DNA of 64,000 bases from NCBI GenBank assembly GCA_965248355.1, contig OZ252098.1, positions 2,144,001 through 2,208,000 on the forward strand. The letters are read 5' to 3'. Position 1 is the stretch's first letter, and the number at the start of each line of letters is the position of its first letter. This stretch comes from Candidatus Latescibacterota bacterium (GTDB lineage Bacteria; Latescibacterota; UBA2968; UBA8231). Below the pieces are notes generated by a model. That model was not told where the DNA came from. It saw nothing but the letters and a program-made list of their open reading frames with translations, and did no database searches. Position numbers and translations under genes: made by a program. Positions 35,992 through 46,600 of the stretch are shown piece after piece.

Positions 35992-36460
35992 ATGGTAAGG
36001 GTCGCCATGTTGAGTCGCTGGCATGTACATGCCGATGAGTGTGCCTCGCGCGTCGATGACGAAGAGCAGGCGCAGGTGGTTGCCGTCTGGGATGAAGAAC
36101 CCGGGCGCGGTCAAGGTTGGGCCAGCGAGCTCGGGGTCGGTTTCGAGGCCGATCCGGATCGCCTCCTGGCGCGAGATGACATCGATGCGGTGGCGGTTGC
36201 TGCGCCCACCAATATGCATCCCGAAGTGATGCTCAGAGCCGCACAGGCCGGTAAACACACGCATTCAGGCCCCGAATTGGTCCGGCCGCAATGACTGGGT
36301 GGAGCCGGAGAGATTGCCGGAACCGCTGTTGCATCCGGTCACCCAGTGGATCAACGGCATCACTCGGGACAGCCCGATCGACTATGGCCTGACCGAACTG
36401 ATGGAAGGGGCCTGCCGGGCCCACCGTGAGGGGCGGACCGTAACCTATCCGCTGGAAGAA
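35992..36460 (+). pseudogene. Gfo/Idh/MocA oxidoreductase, internally deleted
   Basis: N-domain MVRVAMLSRWHVHA...DIDAVAVAAPTNMHPEVMLRAAQAGKH stops before the EKP motif and joins out of frame to a C-terminal piece (QWINGI...LTELMEGACRAHREGRTV). Confidence 0.8.
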
Positions 36461-36513
36461 CCACCCGCCGGCCAGGGCCCGGGCACGCCATCTCCCCGAG
36501 CCGCCGCGCGGCG

Positions 36514-38250
<1,737 letters not shown>

Positions 38251-38435
38251 CTGGGTCTCCGGAGGGATGGACGGAATGCGGATGGACATCGCCGGGGCGG
38301 TGAGCGAGGCGACCCTCGGGCCGGTCGATGACATGGGCAGGACCACGAAAGGCGCTGTCCGTGCCATGGTCAAGGGAACTCGACGGCGCGGCCTCCTTCC
38401 GTCGTATCTTTCGGTCAATCCTCCGGAAGCATGCC

Positions 38436-39487
38436 ATGCACACCGCTCTCCATATCTCCTGTCTCCTCCTCCTCGCATGGACGCTGCCGGGCTGCGACCG
38501 TGGCCGCGAAGCGGCGGCCGTCCCGTCGAGCTGGTCGCCCGGTCGGGGATCGAGGAGCCCTCGCTCTCCGTGCAGGCCGCGGAGGAGATGATCCTCGACG
38601 AGGAGGTGATCGCCCTGATCGGGCCCAACCGCTCCTCCCACGCGGTGGCCGTGGCGGAGACGGCCCAGCGCTACCGCCGGCCGATGATCACCACCGCCGC
38701 CACCAACCCGGATGTGACCAGGGCCGGCGACTTCGTCTTCATGGCGGCCTTCACCGATCTCTTCCAGGGGGGCGTCATGGCCCGGTTCGCCCGCGAGGAG
38801 CTCGGCCTGGACGGTGTCGCGGTGCTGACCATGCGCGGCGAGGTCTATACGGAGGGGGTATCCGAGATCTTCGTCTCCGGCTTCCGCGGTTCCGGCGGGA
38901 CGGTGGTGGCGGAGGAGTTCTTCGACCGGGGAGAGACCGATTTCACCGGGCCCCTGGGCCGCCTGGCCGCGGCGGGCCCCGGAGCGCTCTTCATCTCGGG
39001 GTTGGTGCCGCAGATCGCGCTGGTGACCCAACAGGCCAGGTCTCTGCCTGTCCTCGACCCGGAGGGTCTACCGGTGCTCTTCCTGGGAGCCGACTCCTGG
39101 GATCACCCCGACCTGCTGGCCCACCCGGCGGCCGAGCTGGAAGGCAGCTATTTCACCACCCACTTCTCGCCGCATGCGGACGAGCCGGGGGCCCGCGCCT
39201 TCGTCGACGCCTACAAGTCCCGGTACGGCGGCGCCCCCACCGGCGGGGACGCCGTGAGCTACGATGCCGTCAGGTTGCTGTCGCAGGCCGTGGAGCGGGC
39301 CGGCCGCCTCGACCCGGAGGCCATCCGGGCGCAACTGGCCGCCACCGGGAACTACGCCGGCGCCACCCGGATCGCCGGGTACGACGAGAACCGCCACCCC
39401 GCCAAGAGCGTGGTGATCATGACCCTTCGAGAGGGTGAGAAGGTCTTCCACCGGCAGATCGACCCGGACCCCTCGGAGGCTCCATAA
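38436..39487 (+). pseudogene. Branched-chain amino acid (LivK-like) substrate-binding lipoprotein, deleted/frameshifted
   Basis: Lipoprotein signal MHTALHISCLLLLAWTLPGC is in a different frame from the body (GRPVELV...ALIGPNRSS...ATNPDVT...TDF...YDAV); the first strand/helix of the domain is missing. Confidence 0.75.
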
Positions 39488-39509
39488 TCCGGCCGGAGAA
39501 CGCCGACCC

Positions 39510-40598
39510 ATGCGCATCCAGAGGATCGAGACCATCGAGCTGCAGCTGCCCTGGGGGCCGCCCGCCGACGGCGCCGCCCGCACCTGGACCGTGCATCGCA
39601 TCCACGCCGAGGGCGGCCTCGTCGGCATCGGCCGCGGCGGCAGCCGTGAGCTGATCGAGCGGCACCTGGCGCCCCTGCTGGTGGGCGAGGACCCGCGCCG
39701 CACGGCGCGGCTCTGGCAGAGGATGTACGACGCGGCCTGGGGTTTCGGCGGCCCGGGGCGAGCCGCCATGAGCAGCATCGGGGCCCTGGACGTGGCCCTG
39801 TGGGACCTCTACGGCAAGGCCTGCGGCGAGCCGGTGTGGCGCCTGCTCGGCGGCTGCCGGTCCCGCGTGCCGGCCTACGCCGACGGCATCGGCTACGCCG
39901 ACTCGACGGCCGAAGAGGTGGGGGCCCTGGTGGCGAAGCACGCGGGCCTGGGGTACCGGGCCGTCAAGTTCCACCTCACCTCACCGGAGCCGGAGGTCGC
40001 CCTGGCCAAGGTCGAGGCCGCCCGGCAGGCCCTGGGCCCGGACCGCCGCCTGATGATCGACGTCCGCCGGCTGTGGGACGGGCACCTGGCGGCCCGCATG
40101 GCCCGGGCCTTCGCGCCGCACGACCTCTACTGGATCGAGGAACCGGTTCGCGGGGACGACGAGCCCGGGGCGCTGCGCATGGTTCGCGAGGCGGCCGGCG
40201 GGGCCCTGCTGGCCGGCGGCGAGGGCGAGGGCACGATCTACGGGATCCGCCGGCTCATCGTCGAGGGGGGACTGCAGGTCGCCCAGAGCGACATCCTCAT
40301 CGGCGGCGGGTTCACGGGGCTGCTGCGGATCGCCGCCGTGGCCGAGTCCCACCACGCCCACGCCGCTCCCCACGGCGCCTCCTTCCCCGAGATCAACTGT
40401 CACCTGGTGGCGGCCGTGCCCAACGGCCTGATCATCCCCGCCTGCCCCCACACCGAGCCCTACCAGATCTGGTCGCGGCTCTACGATCCGCCCTTTGCGG
40501 TGACCGGCGGCCAGGTGCGGATGACCGACCGGCCCGGCCTCGGTCTCGACTTCGACGAGGCCTTCCTCGAGGAGTTCAGGATCGCGCCGGGGGCCTGA
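39510..40598 (+). CDS. Mandelate racemase/muconate lactonizing enzyme family protein
   Basis: LAPLLVGEDP, GALDVALWDLYGK, MID / WIEEP / GE metal ligands, PGLGLDFD. Confidence 0.92.
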   Translation: MRIQRIETIELQLPWGPPADGAARTWTVHRIHAEGGLVGIGRGGSRELIERHLAPLLVGEDPRRTARLWQRMYDAAWGFGGPGRAAMSSIGALDVALWDLYGKACGEPVWRLLGGCRSRVPAYADGIGYADSTAEEVGALVAKHAGLGYRAVKFHLTSPEPEVALAKVEAARQALGPDRRLMIDVRRLWDGHLAARMARAFAPHDLYWIEEPVRGDDEPGALRMVREAAGGALLAGGEGEGTIYGIRRLIVEGGLQVAQSDILIGGGFTGLLRIAAVAESHHAHAAPHGASFPEINCHLVAAVPNGLIIPACPHTEPYQIWSRLYDPPFAVTGGQVRMTDRPGLGLDFDEAFLEEFRIAPGA

Positions 40599-41703
40599 CG
40601 GGCCCGGCGAAGAGCTCGCCGGGCAGGATGCTGCCGGTCTCGACGGCGTGCCGGTACTCGGGCAGCCCCTCGGTGGTGACCACGCCCAGGGCGGTGAAGT
40701 GCCCGCTCTCGCCGCTGGCCCCGCTGCGGTTGCCGCCGCTGTGTCCGCGCAGCCAGTCGGCGTCGATGACGCGCTCGCCCTTCCACAGGCCGCGGGTGGC
40801 GTTGAGGTGTCCGAAGCGCGCCAGGTCGGAGGCGCTGATCACCACCCACCCGGGTCCGCTGCGAACGACGTGGCCGCCGATCTCGTACGGCGGGTCGAGG
40901 TAGGTATAGCTGTCCGGGATCGTCGGGTAGAGGAACCTCCGGTCCTTGACCTCCCCCCCGGGCAGCCAGTCCCAGCGCCCGGCGGGGATGCCGATGGCGT
41001 CGAAGAGCCGCTCCTGCACCACGTCCTTGAGGTCCCGGCCCCAGGCCGCGGTCAGGGCCTGGCCCAGGCGCCAGAAGCCGGCGCTGCTGTAGAGGCCGAC
41101 GGTGCCCGGCTCGGCGTGGGAGTAGCAGTCGTGGAAGGGGTCCCCGGTCCAGTGGGCCCACCCGGGCACGCCGGGCACCGCGTCGGCCTCCTCGAGGCCG
41201 GTGCGCTTCTCCCGCCAGCGGTTGCCGATCTCGAAGGGGAAGCCGCCCCAGTGCACGCTCTCGTCGCGCCGTCCCACGAGGTGGCGCCAGGTCAGCCTCT
41301 CGTGGTGCCCGGCCGTCAGGTACTTGTGCGGATGGGACAGCTCGCCCTCGCCGGTCCAGGTCCGGTGGACGGGCTCGTCCGGGTCCAGCAGCCCATCGGC
41401 CACCGCCGCGCCCAGCACCACCCAGGTGAGGGCCTTGCCCACGGAGGCCGTCTGATGGCGGTAGTGGCGGTCCCCCCAGGCGTGCACGAGGTAGCCGCCG
41501 CGGGCGAGGACGGCGCCGTAGCGGTTGCCGCCGTGGTCCTCGCCCCCGAAGCGGGCGCCGCGCACCTCCAACCCGGCCAGCCAGCGGGCGAACCCCTCCG
41601 CGTCGAGGCCGGCCTGCTCCGGGGTGACCGACTGCCAGTCCTCCTCCGGGTAGGTGACCCAGCCGGGCACCTCGACCGTGTGCGTGGGGGCGATCAGGTC
41701 CAT
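40576..41703 (-). CDS. Serine hydrolase (beta-lactamase-related)
   Basis: SxxK motif ASVGK, PGTVGLYSS, ISASDLARFGHL, G.WKGERVI; ATG 41703. Confidence 0.8.
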   Translation of the reverse strand: MDLIAPTHTVEVPGWVTYPEEDWQSVTPEQAGLDAEGFARWLAGLEVRGARFGGEDHGGNRYGAVLARGGYLVHAWGDRHYRHQTASVGKALTWVVLGAAVADGLLDPDEPVHRTWTGEGELSHPHKYLTAGHHERLTWRHLVGRRDESVHWGGFPFEIGNRWREKRTGLEEADAVPGVPGWAHWTGDPFHDCYSHAEPGTVGLYSSAGFWRLGQALTAAWGRDLKDVVQERLFDAIGIPAGRWDWLPGGEVKDRRFLYPTIPDSYTYLDPPYEIGGHVVRSGPGWVVISASDLARFGHLNATRGLWKGERVIDADWLRGHSGGNRSGASGESGHFTALGVVTTEGLPEYRHAVETGSILPGELFAGPVRPPARS

Positions 41704-41825
41704 GGGGGAAAGCTGATTCCCCGGGGGTGGCCGCCGCAAGCCGGGCGAATCGCCCTGATCGACGACACCCAGAAGGTCCAGGGGTCGGTCACGAGCACGA
41801 TCCGCGGCATCCGGGGCTCCGGGCG

Positions 41826-41855
41826 TTGTCTCCCTCCGCGGCCCGGTCCTACACT
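41826..41855 (+). promoter_or_regulatory. Probable sigma70 promoter of the phyH-ThDP operon
   Basis: TTGTCT-N18-TACACT about 50 nt before ATG 41906. Confidence 0.45.
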
Positions 41856-41905
41856 TCCCGCGCCGCAGTCGGGGACAGCATGCGGCCACTCCCGGAGAGG
41901 AAGCG

Positions 41906-42676
41906 ATGCCCTCCAGCCCTCTGAACACCGACCCGGCGCGCTTCGGCGAGCTGGGATACTGCCTGTTCCCGGATGTCCTCAGCGCGGCCGAGGCCGAGGG
42001 CTTGCGGGACCTGCTGGAGGAGGCCCTGGCGACGCCGCTGCCCCAGCCGGGGGACCGCGCCATGGACCGGGACAGCTACGTCGGGGAGCCCCACGTGAGG
42101 GACCCGCGCTGGCTCGGGCTCTGCCGCCACCCCCGCGTCCTCGACGCCGTCGAGTCGATCCTGGGGCCGAACCTGATCCTCGTCTACTCGAGCGTCTTCA
42201 TCAAACAGCCCGGCTCCCCCGTGAAGGTGGGCAGCGTCCACGGAACCGACGTGGTCACCCTGTGGCTCGCCGTCGATCCCGCCGACGCCGCCAAGAGCGC
42301 CATGAAGGTCATCCCCGGCTCCCACCGCGGATGGCGCGAGCTGGAGACCGTCGACTCCGGCCAGGACCAGATGCTCAAGCGGAGCGTGCCGGTCTCCCCG
42401 GAGCAGGAGGCCTCGGCGGTGACCCTGGCCATGGGCGCCGGCAGCCTGTCGATCCACGATTCCTTCATCCTCCACGGCAGCGACGCCAACCGCAGCCGCC
42501 GCCGGCGCGCCGGGTACACGGTCCGCTACTGCAGCACCGACAGCGCCCGGGTCGACGTCGACAGCCATCCCCATCCCGTCTTCCTGGTGCGCGGCCGCTC
42601 CGGCCCCCGGGGGGAGCGCTACACCAGCCTGCTCCCCGGCGTGCAGCCCACCGCCGAGTTGCTGTCCTGCCCATGA
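41906..42676 (+). CDS. Phytanoyl-CoA dioxygenase (PhyH) family protein lacking the canonical WHQD motif
   Basis: FGELGY, HPRVLDAVESILGPN, VTLWLAVD, MKVIPGSH, LHGSDANRS.RRR; FIKQPGSPVKVG runs directly into SVHGTDVVT. Confidence 0.85.
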   Translation: MPSSPLNTDPARFGELGYCLFPDVLSAAEAEGLRDLLEEALATPLPQPGDRAMDRDSYVGEPHVRDPRWLGLCRHPRVLDAVESILGPNLILVYSSVFIKQPGSPVKVGSVHGTDVVTLWLAVDPADAAKSAMKVIPGSHRGWRELETVDSGQDQMLKRSVPVSPEQEASAVTLAMGAGSLSIHDSFILHGSDANRSRRRRAGYTVRYCSTDSARVDVDSHPHPVFLVRGRSGPRGERYTSLLPGVQPTAELLSCP

Positions 42677-44301
42677 GGGGCGGCGACCTCCTGATCGAGT
42701 GCCTGAAGGCCCAGGGCGTGCGCTGCCTCTTCGGCATGCCCGGGACCCAGAACATCCAGATCTACGATTCCCTGCTCCGGTGCGGCGCCGGCGCCATCGA
42801 CCACTACCTGGTCCGCCACGAGTACGGCGCCACGGTGATGGCCGACGGCTACGCCCGGGCCAGCGGCGACGTGGGCGTCGCCCTCACCGTGCCAGGCCCC
42901 GGGGCCAGCAACGCCTCCACCGGGCTGCTGCAGGCCTACACCGACTGCGTGCCCGTGCTCCTGATCACCGGTCAGCATGACTCGCGGCACTACGCGCGGG
43001 ATCCCGCCAAGCTGTTCCACGGGCTCGATCAGATGGCCTTCTTCGAGCCGATCACGCGCTACCGGCAGATCGCGCGCACCGCGGCCGACATCCCCCGCGT
43101 GGTGGAGGAGGCCTTCCGGGTCCTGCGCGCGCCCCGGCCCGGGCCGGCGATGCTCGAGTTCCCGCAGGACGTGATCACCGGACCGGCCGACGGCGCCGCC
43201 GTTCCGCCCCGGGTGGCCTCCCCCTCCGCCGGGACGCCCGACGAGGCGCTGCTGCGCGAGGCGGCCCGCAGGCTGGGCGCCGCTTCGCGGCCCCTGCTGC
43301 TGGCCGGAAGCGCCGTGGTCACGGGGCGGGCCCGGGAGCCGCTGCGGGCCCTGGCCGAGAAGCTCCGGGCGCCGGTGGCGGTGACCCGCCGCGGCAAGGG
43401 CGCCCTGCCCGAGGACCACGAGCTGGCCCTGTGCGACATCCGCGGCTACCTGGCGCGGCAGGCGGTGGAGACCGCCGACTGCACCCTCGCCGTGGGCTGC
43501 CGCTTCACCTCCATCGACACCGACCACTGGGGCTGCGAGTTCCCGCGGCCCCTGATCCAGCTCGATCCCGAGGCGTCCGAGATCGGCCGCGAGTACGACT
43601 GCGACGTGGGCGTCGCCGGCGACCTCGGCCTCGGGCTGCAGGCCCTGTGCGACGAGGTGCCCGAGGGCGGCGGCGAATGGAGGCCGCTGCTGGAAGCCTG
43701 GCGCCGGCGGTTCGCGGCGCAGCCGCCCCTGCCGCTGCTGCCCGAGATCCGCGAGGTCCTGCCCGACGACGGCATCCTCTCCGTCGACGTCCACGGCATC
43801 GGCTACTCGGCCTTCGCCGAGTATCCCGTCCGCGACCCAGAGACCTTCCTCTACCCCTGCATCGGCGTCTCCCTGGGCCACGCCTTCCCCGCCGCCCTCG
43901 GGGCCCGGCTGGCGCGGCCCGACCGGCCCGTGATCTGCTTTGCCGGGGACGGCGGCTTCCTCATGGGCAGCTTCGAGCTGGCCACGGCCGTGCGCTACGG
44001 CATCGACGTGACCGTGGTGGTCGTCAACGACTCGGCGCTGACCGCGATCAAGGGCTCCCAGCAGCGCGACTGCGAGGGCCGCACCATCGACACGGAGCTG
44101 ACCAACCCCGACTTCGTGGCCTTCGCCCGCTCCTTCGGGATCCACGCCGAGAGGGTCCGTGACCTGAGTGACTTCCGGCCCGCCCTGGAACGGGCCCTGG
44201 CCGCGGCCGGACCGTCCCTGGTCGAGGTCGAGATGACCGGCCGCCAGGACGAGATCATGAGCTGGGTCACCTGGTTGCGGAAGAACCCTCTCAGGGAGTG
44301 A
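42673..44301 (+). CDS. Thiamine diphosphate-dependent enzyme (acetolactate synthase-like superfamily)
   Basis: FGMPG, VRHE, MADGYARASG, GPGASN, GDGGF...VVVND, NPDFVAFARSFG; ATGA overlap with phyH. Confidence 0.93.
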   Translation: MRGGDLLIECLKAQGVRCLFGMPGTQNIQIYDSLLRCGAGAIDHYLVRHEYGATVMADGYARASGDVGVALTVPGPGASNASTGLLQAYTDCVPVLLITGQHDSRHYARDPAKLFHGLDQMAFFEPITRYRQIARTAADIPRVVEEAFRVLRAPRPGPAMLEFPQDVITGPADGAAVPPRVASPSAGTPDEALLREAARRLGAASRPLLLAGSAVVTGRAREPLRALAEKLRAPVAVTRRGKGALPEDHELALCDIRGYLARQAVETADCTLAVGCRFTSIDTDHWGCEFPRPLIQLDPEASEIGREYDCDVGVAGDLGLGLQALCDEVPEGGGEWRPLLEAWRRRFAAQPPLPLLPEIREVLPDDGILSVDVHGIGYSAFAEYPVRDPETFLYPCIGVSLGHAFPAALGARLARPDRPVICFAGDGGFLMGSFELATAVRYGIDVTVVVVNDSALTAIKGSQQRDCEGRTIDTELTNPDFVAFARSFGIHAERVRDLSDFRPALERALAAAGPSLVEVEMTGRQDEIMSWVTWLRKNPLRE

Positions 44302-44516
44302 GGTCGGCATACCGGACCTGGCCGCCGCCGGGCCGCCCTCCTCCGCCTGCGACCACCCCGCTCCACGGCCGATCCCGGTTCCTGGTCTTGCCCTCCATCA
44401 CCGCCAAGCCCTGAGTAAGGACCGGCGGCCCCAGGCGCTGGCCGGCCCGGGCTCCACGGACCTTCGCCCCTCCCCGATCCTGCCCTCCCCTCCGGTCCGC
44501 TGACCTCCGGTCGGGA

Positions 44517-44555
44517 GTGTCCAGAATCGGAAGGCCGGTGTTCAAAAGCGGACAC
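44517..44555 (+). promoter_or_regulatory. Tandem putative enhancer (UAS) sites for the NtrC-family regulator
   Basis: GTGTCCAGAATCGGAAG and GTGTTCAAAAGCGGACAC, imperfect GTGTCC-N6-GGACAC palindromes 21 bp apart, upstream of the sigma54 site. Confidence 0.6.
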
Positions 44556-44609
44556 AAGAGAGGCCGGCGTCCCGACTCGTCCCCCCCCTGTAACGCCCTC
44601 AGCCGGACC

Positions 44610-44624
44610 TGGCACGGAATTTGT
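44610..44624 (+). promoter_or_regulatory. sigma54 (-24/-12) promoter
   Basis: TGGCAC-GGAAT-TTGT (consensus TGGCAC-N5-TTGC) ahead of an operon that encodes its own sigma54 activator. Confidence 0.7.
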
Positions 44625-44638
44625 GTAAGGAGCCTCCC

Positions 44639-45916
44639 ATGGACGAGCAGACCTCCAGCAATCCCATGGACCGGCCGGTGGACCCGTCGTTCCTGCGGCG
44701 CCGGCGCCTCAAGCGCATCGCCGCTTCGGCGGCGGGACTGGCGGCGGTGGTCTGGCTCTTCCTCTGGCTGCCCGGCCTGATCCGGCCGTCGGTGGACCCC
44801 GACCGCATCCGCACGGCGAAGGTGCAGCAGGGCCCGGTGGAGGAGACGATCACCGCCTCGGGCACGATCGTCCCCGAGTTCGAGCAGGTCCTCTTCAGCC
44901 CCATCGACACGCGGCTGCTGCGCATCCTGGAGAAGCCGGGCGCCGTGCTGAGCCAGGGACAGCCCATCGTCGAGCTGGACCTGAACGGGGCGCGGCTCGA
45001 GGTGGAGAAACGGGCCGAGGAGCTGGCCCTGAAGCGGAACCGCCGGACCCAGCTGGAGCTGGACGAACGCCAGAGGCTGAGCGACCTGGATACGCAATGG
45101 CGCCTGAAGAAGCTGGACCTGCAGCGATTCCAGACCCGCTCCGACCAGTACGTGGAGCTGCAGAAGATCGGCGCCGTCTCCCAGGAGGAGTTCAGCCAGG
45201 TGCAGCTGCAGGCGCAGCGCACCGAGATCGAGCTGCAGCAGATCGAGGAGGACCGGCGCAACCGGCTGGAATCCACCCGGGCCCAGCTGGAGGCGCTGGA
45301 GGTGGAGATGAGAACCCTCGAACGGGAGGGCGAGGAGGCCCGCCGGCGCCTGGAGCGGTCCCGCATCCTGGCCGACCAGGAGGGGGTGCTCACGGCGGTC
45401 TCGCCGGTGGTCGGTGCCTCCATCCGCCAGGGCGAGGAGATCGCCCGCATCGCCGACCTCAGCTCCTTCCGCGCCGATGTCACCGTCTCCGACCTCCACG
45501 CCCGCCGCCTCGGCTCCGGGCTGCCCGTGCGCCTGCGCATCGACGAGGAGGCCTTCGTGAACGGCCACGTCGCCCGCATCCTGCCCATGGTGGACAACAA
45601 CATCATCAATCTGGAGGTGGAGCTGGAGGACTCGGCCCACGCCTTGCTGAGACCCAACCAGAGGGTGGACGCCTACATCGTCACGGCCCGCAAGGACCGG
45701 GCCCTGCGCCTCAAGCGCGGGCCCTTCATCAGCGGCGGAGCGGGCCTGCACGAGGTCTTCGTCATCCACGGGGGCACGGCGGTGAAGACCGAGATCCGCG
45801 TCGGCATCGCCAGCTTCGAGCACTACGAGGTGGTGGAGGGCCTGCTCGAGGGCGACGAGGTGATCATCTCCAGCATGAAGGACTACCTGCACCTGGACGA
45901 GGTCCAGATCAAATAG
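44639..45916 (+). CDS. Periplasmic adaptor (MacA/HlyD-like membrane fusion protein)
   Basis: AAGGAG RBS; single TM, ITASGTIVP, long coiled coil, LRPNQRVD, GLLEGDEVIIS. Confidence 0.9.
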   Translation: MDEQTSSNPMDRPVDPSFLRRRRLKRIAASAAGLAAVVWLFLWLPGLIRPSVDPDRIRTAKVQQGPVEETITASGTIVPEFEQVLFSPIDTRLLRILEKPGAVLSQGQPIVELDLNGARLEVEKRAEELALKRNRRTQLELDERQRLSDLDTQWRLKKLDLQRFQTRSDQYVELQKIGAVSQEEFSQVQLQAQRTEIELQQIEEDRRNRLESTRAQLEALEVEMRTLEREGEEARRRLERSRILADQEGVLTAVSPVVGASIRQGEEIARIADLSSFRADVTVSDLHARRLGSGLPVRLRIDEEAFVNGHVARILPMVDNNIINLEVELEDSAHALLRPNQRVDAYIVTARKDRALRLKRGPFISGGAGLHEVFVIHGGTAVKTEIRVGIASFEHYEVVEGLLEGDEVIISSMKDYLHLDEVQIK

Positions 45917-45927
45917 AGGAGGCAGCC

Positions 45928-46593
45928 GTGATCCAGCTCGATGGCATCGAGAAGGTCTACCGCACCGACAAGATCGAGACCCTGGCCCTGAGCAACATCA
46001 ATCTCACCGTCGACCCGGGGGAGTTCATCTCGGTCATGGGCCCCTCGGGCTCGGGCAAGAGCACCCTCCTCAACGTCATGGGCCTGCTCGACGAGCCCAC
46101 CTCGGGGGACCTGAGCCTCAACAAGCGCCACATCAACTCCTACGCCGACCGCTACCTGGCGCGCATCCGCAACGAGGAGATCGGCTTCATCTTCCAGACC
46201 TTCCACCTCATCGCCGATCTCAATGTGGTGGACAACGTCGAGATCCCCCTGCTCTACCGGCGCGGCCTGTCGGGCAAGCAGCGGCGGGAGATGGCCCTGG
46301 CCGCCCTGGAGCGGGTCGGCCTGGGCTCGCGGGTGCGCCACTTCCCCTCGCAGCTGTCGGGCGGCCAGCAGCAGCGCGTGGCCGTGGCCCGGGCGATCGT
46401 CGGCAAGCCGCGGATTCTGCTGGCCGACGAGCCCACGGGCAACCTGGACAGCCGCATGGGCGACGAGATCATGGGCATCCTGCACCAGCTCAACGACGAC
46501 GGCGCCACCATCGTCATGGTGACCCACGACCAGCGCCTCGCCGAGCGCACCGAACGAACGGTTCGCCTCTTCGACGGCCGCCAGGTCCAGTGA
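45928..46593 (+). CDS. ABC transporter ATP-binding protein (MacB/LolD-like)
   Basis: GTG after GAGGAGG; GPSGSGKST, LSGGQQQRVAVARA, LADEPTGNLD, VTHD. Confidence 0.96.
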   Translation: MIQLDGIEKVYRTDKIETLALSNINLTVDPGEFISVMGPSGSGKSTLLNVMGLLDEPTSGDLSLNKRHINSYADRYLARIRNEEIGFIFQTFHLIADLNVVDNVEIPLLYRRGLSGKQRREMALAALERVGLGSRVRHFPSQLSGGQQQRVAVARAIVGKPRILLADEPTGNLDSRMGDEIMGILHQLNDDGATIVMVTHDQRLAERTERTVRLFDGRQVQ

Positions 46594-46600
46594 GGACAGC

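Noticed and set aside
44302..44516. Possible riboswitch/ncRNA in the long intergenic region after the ThDP enzyme
   Set aside because: No TPP, cobalamin or other aptamer consensus recognised; an Rfam cmscan would be needed.
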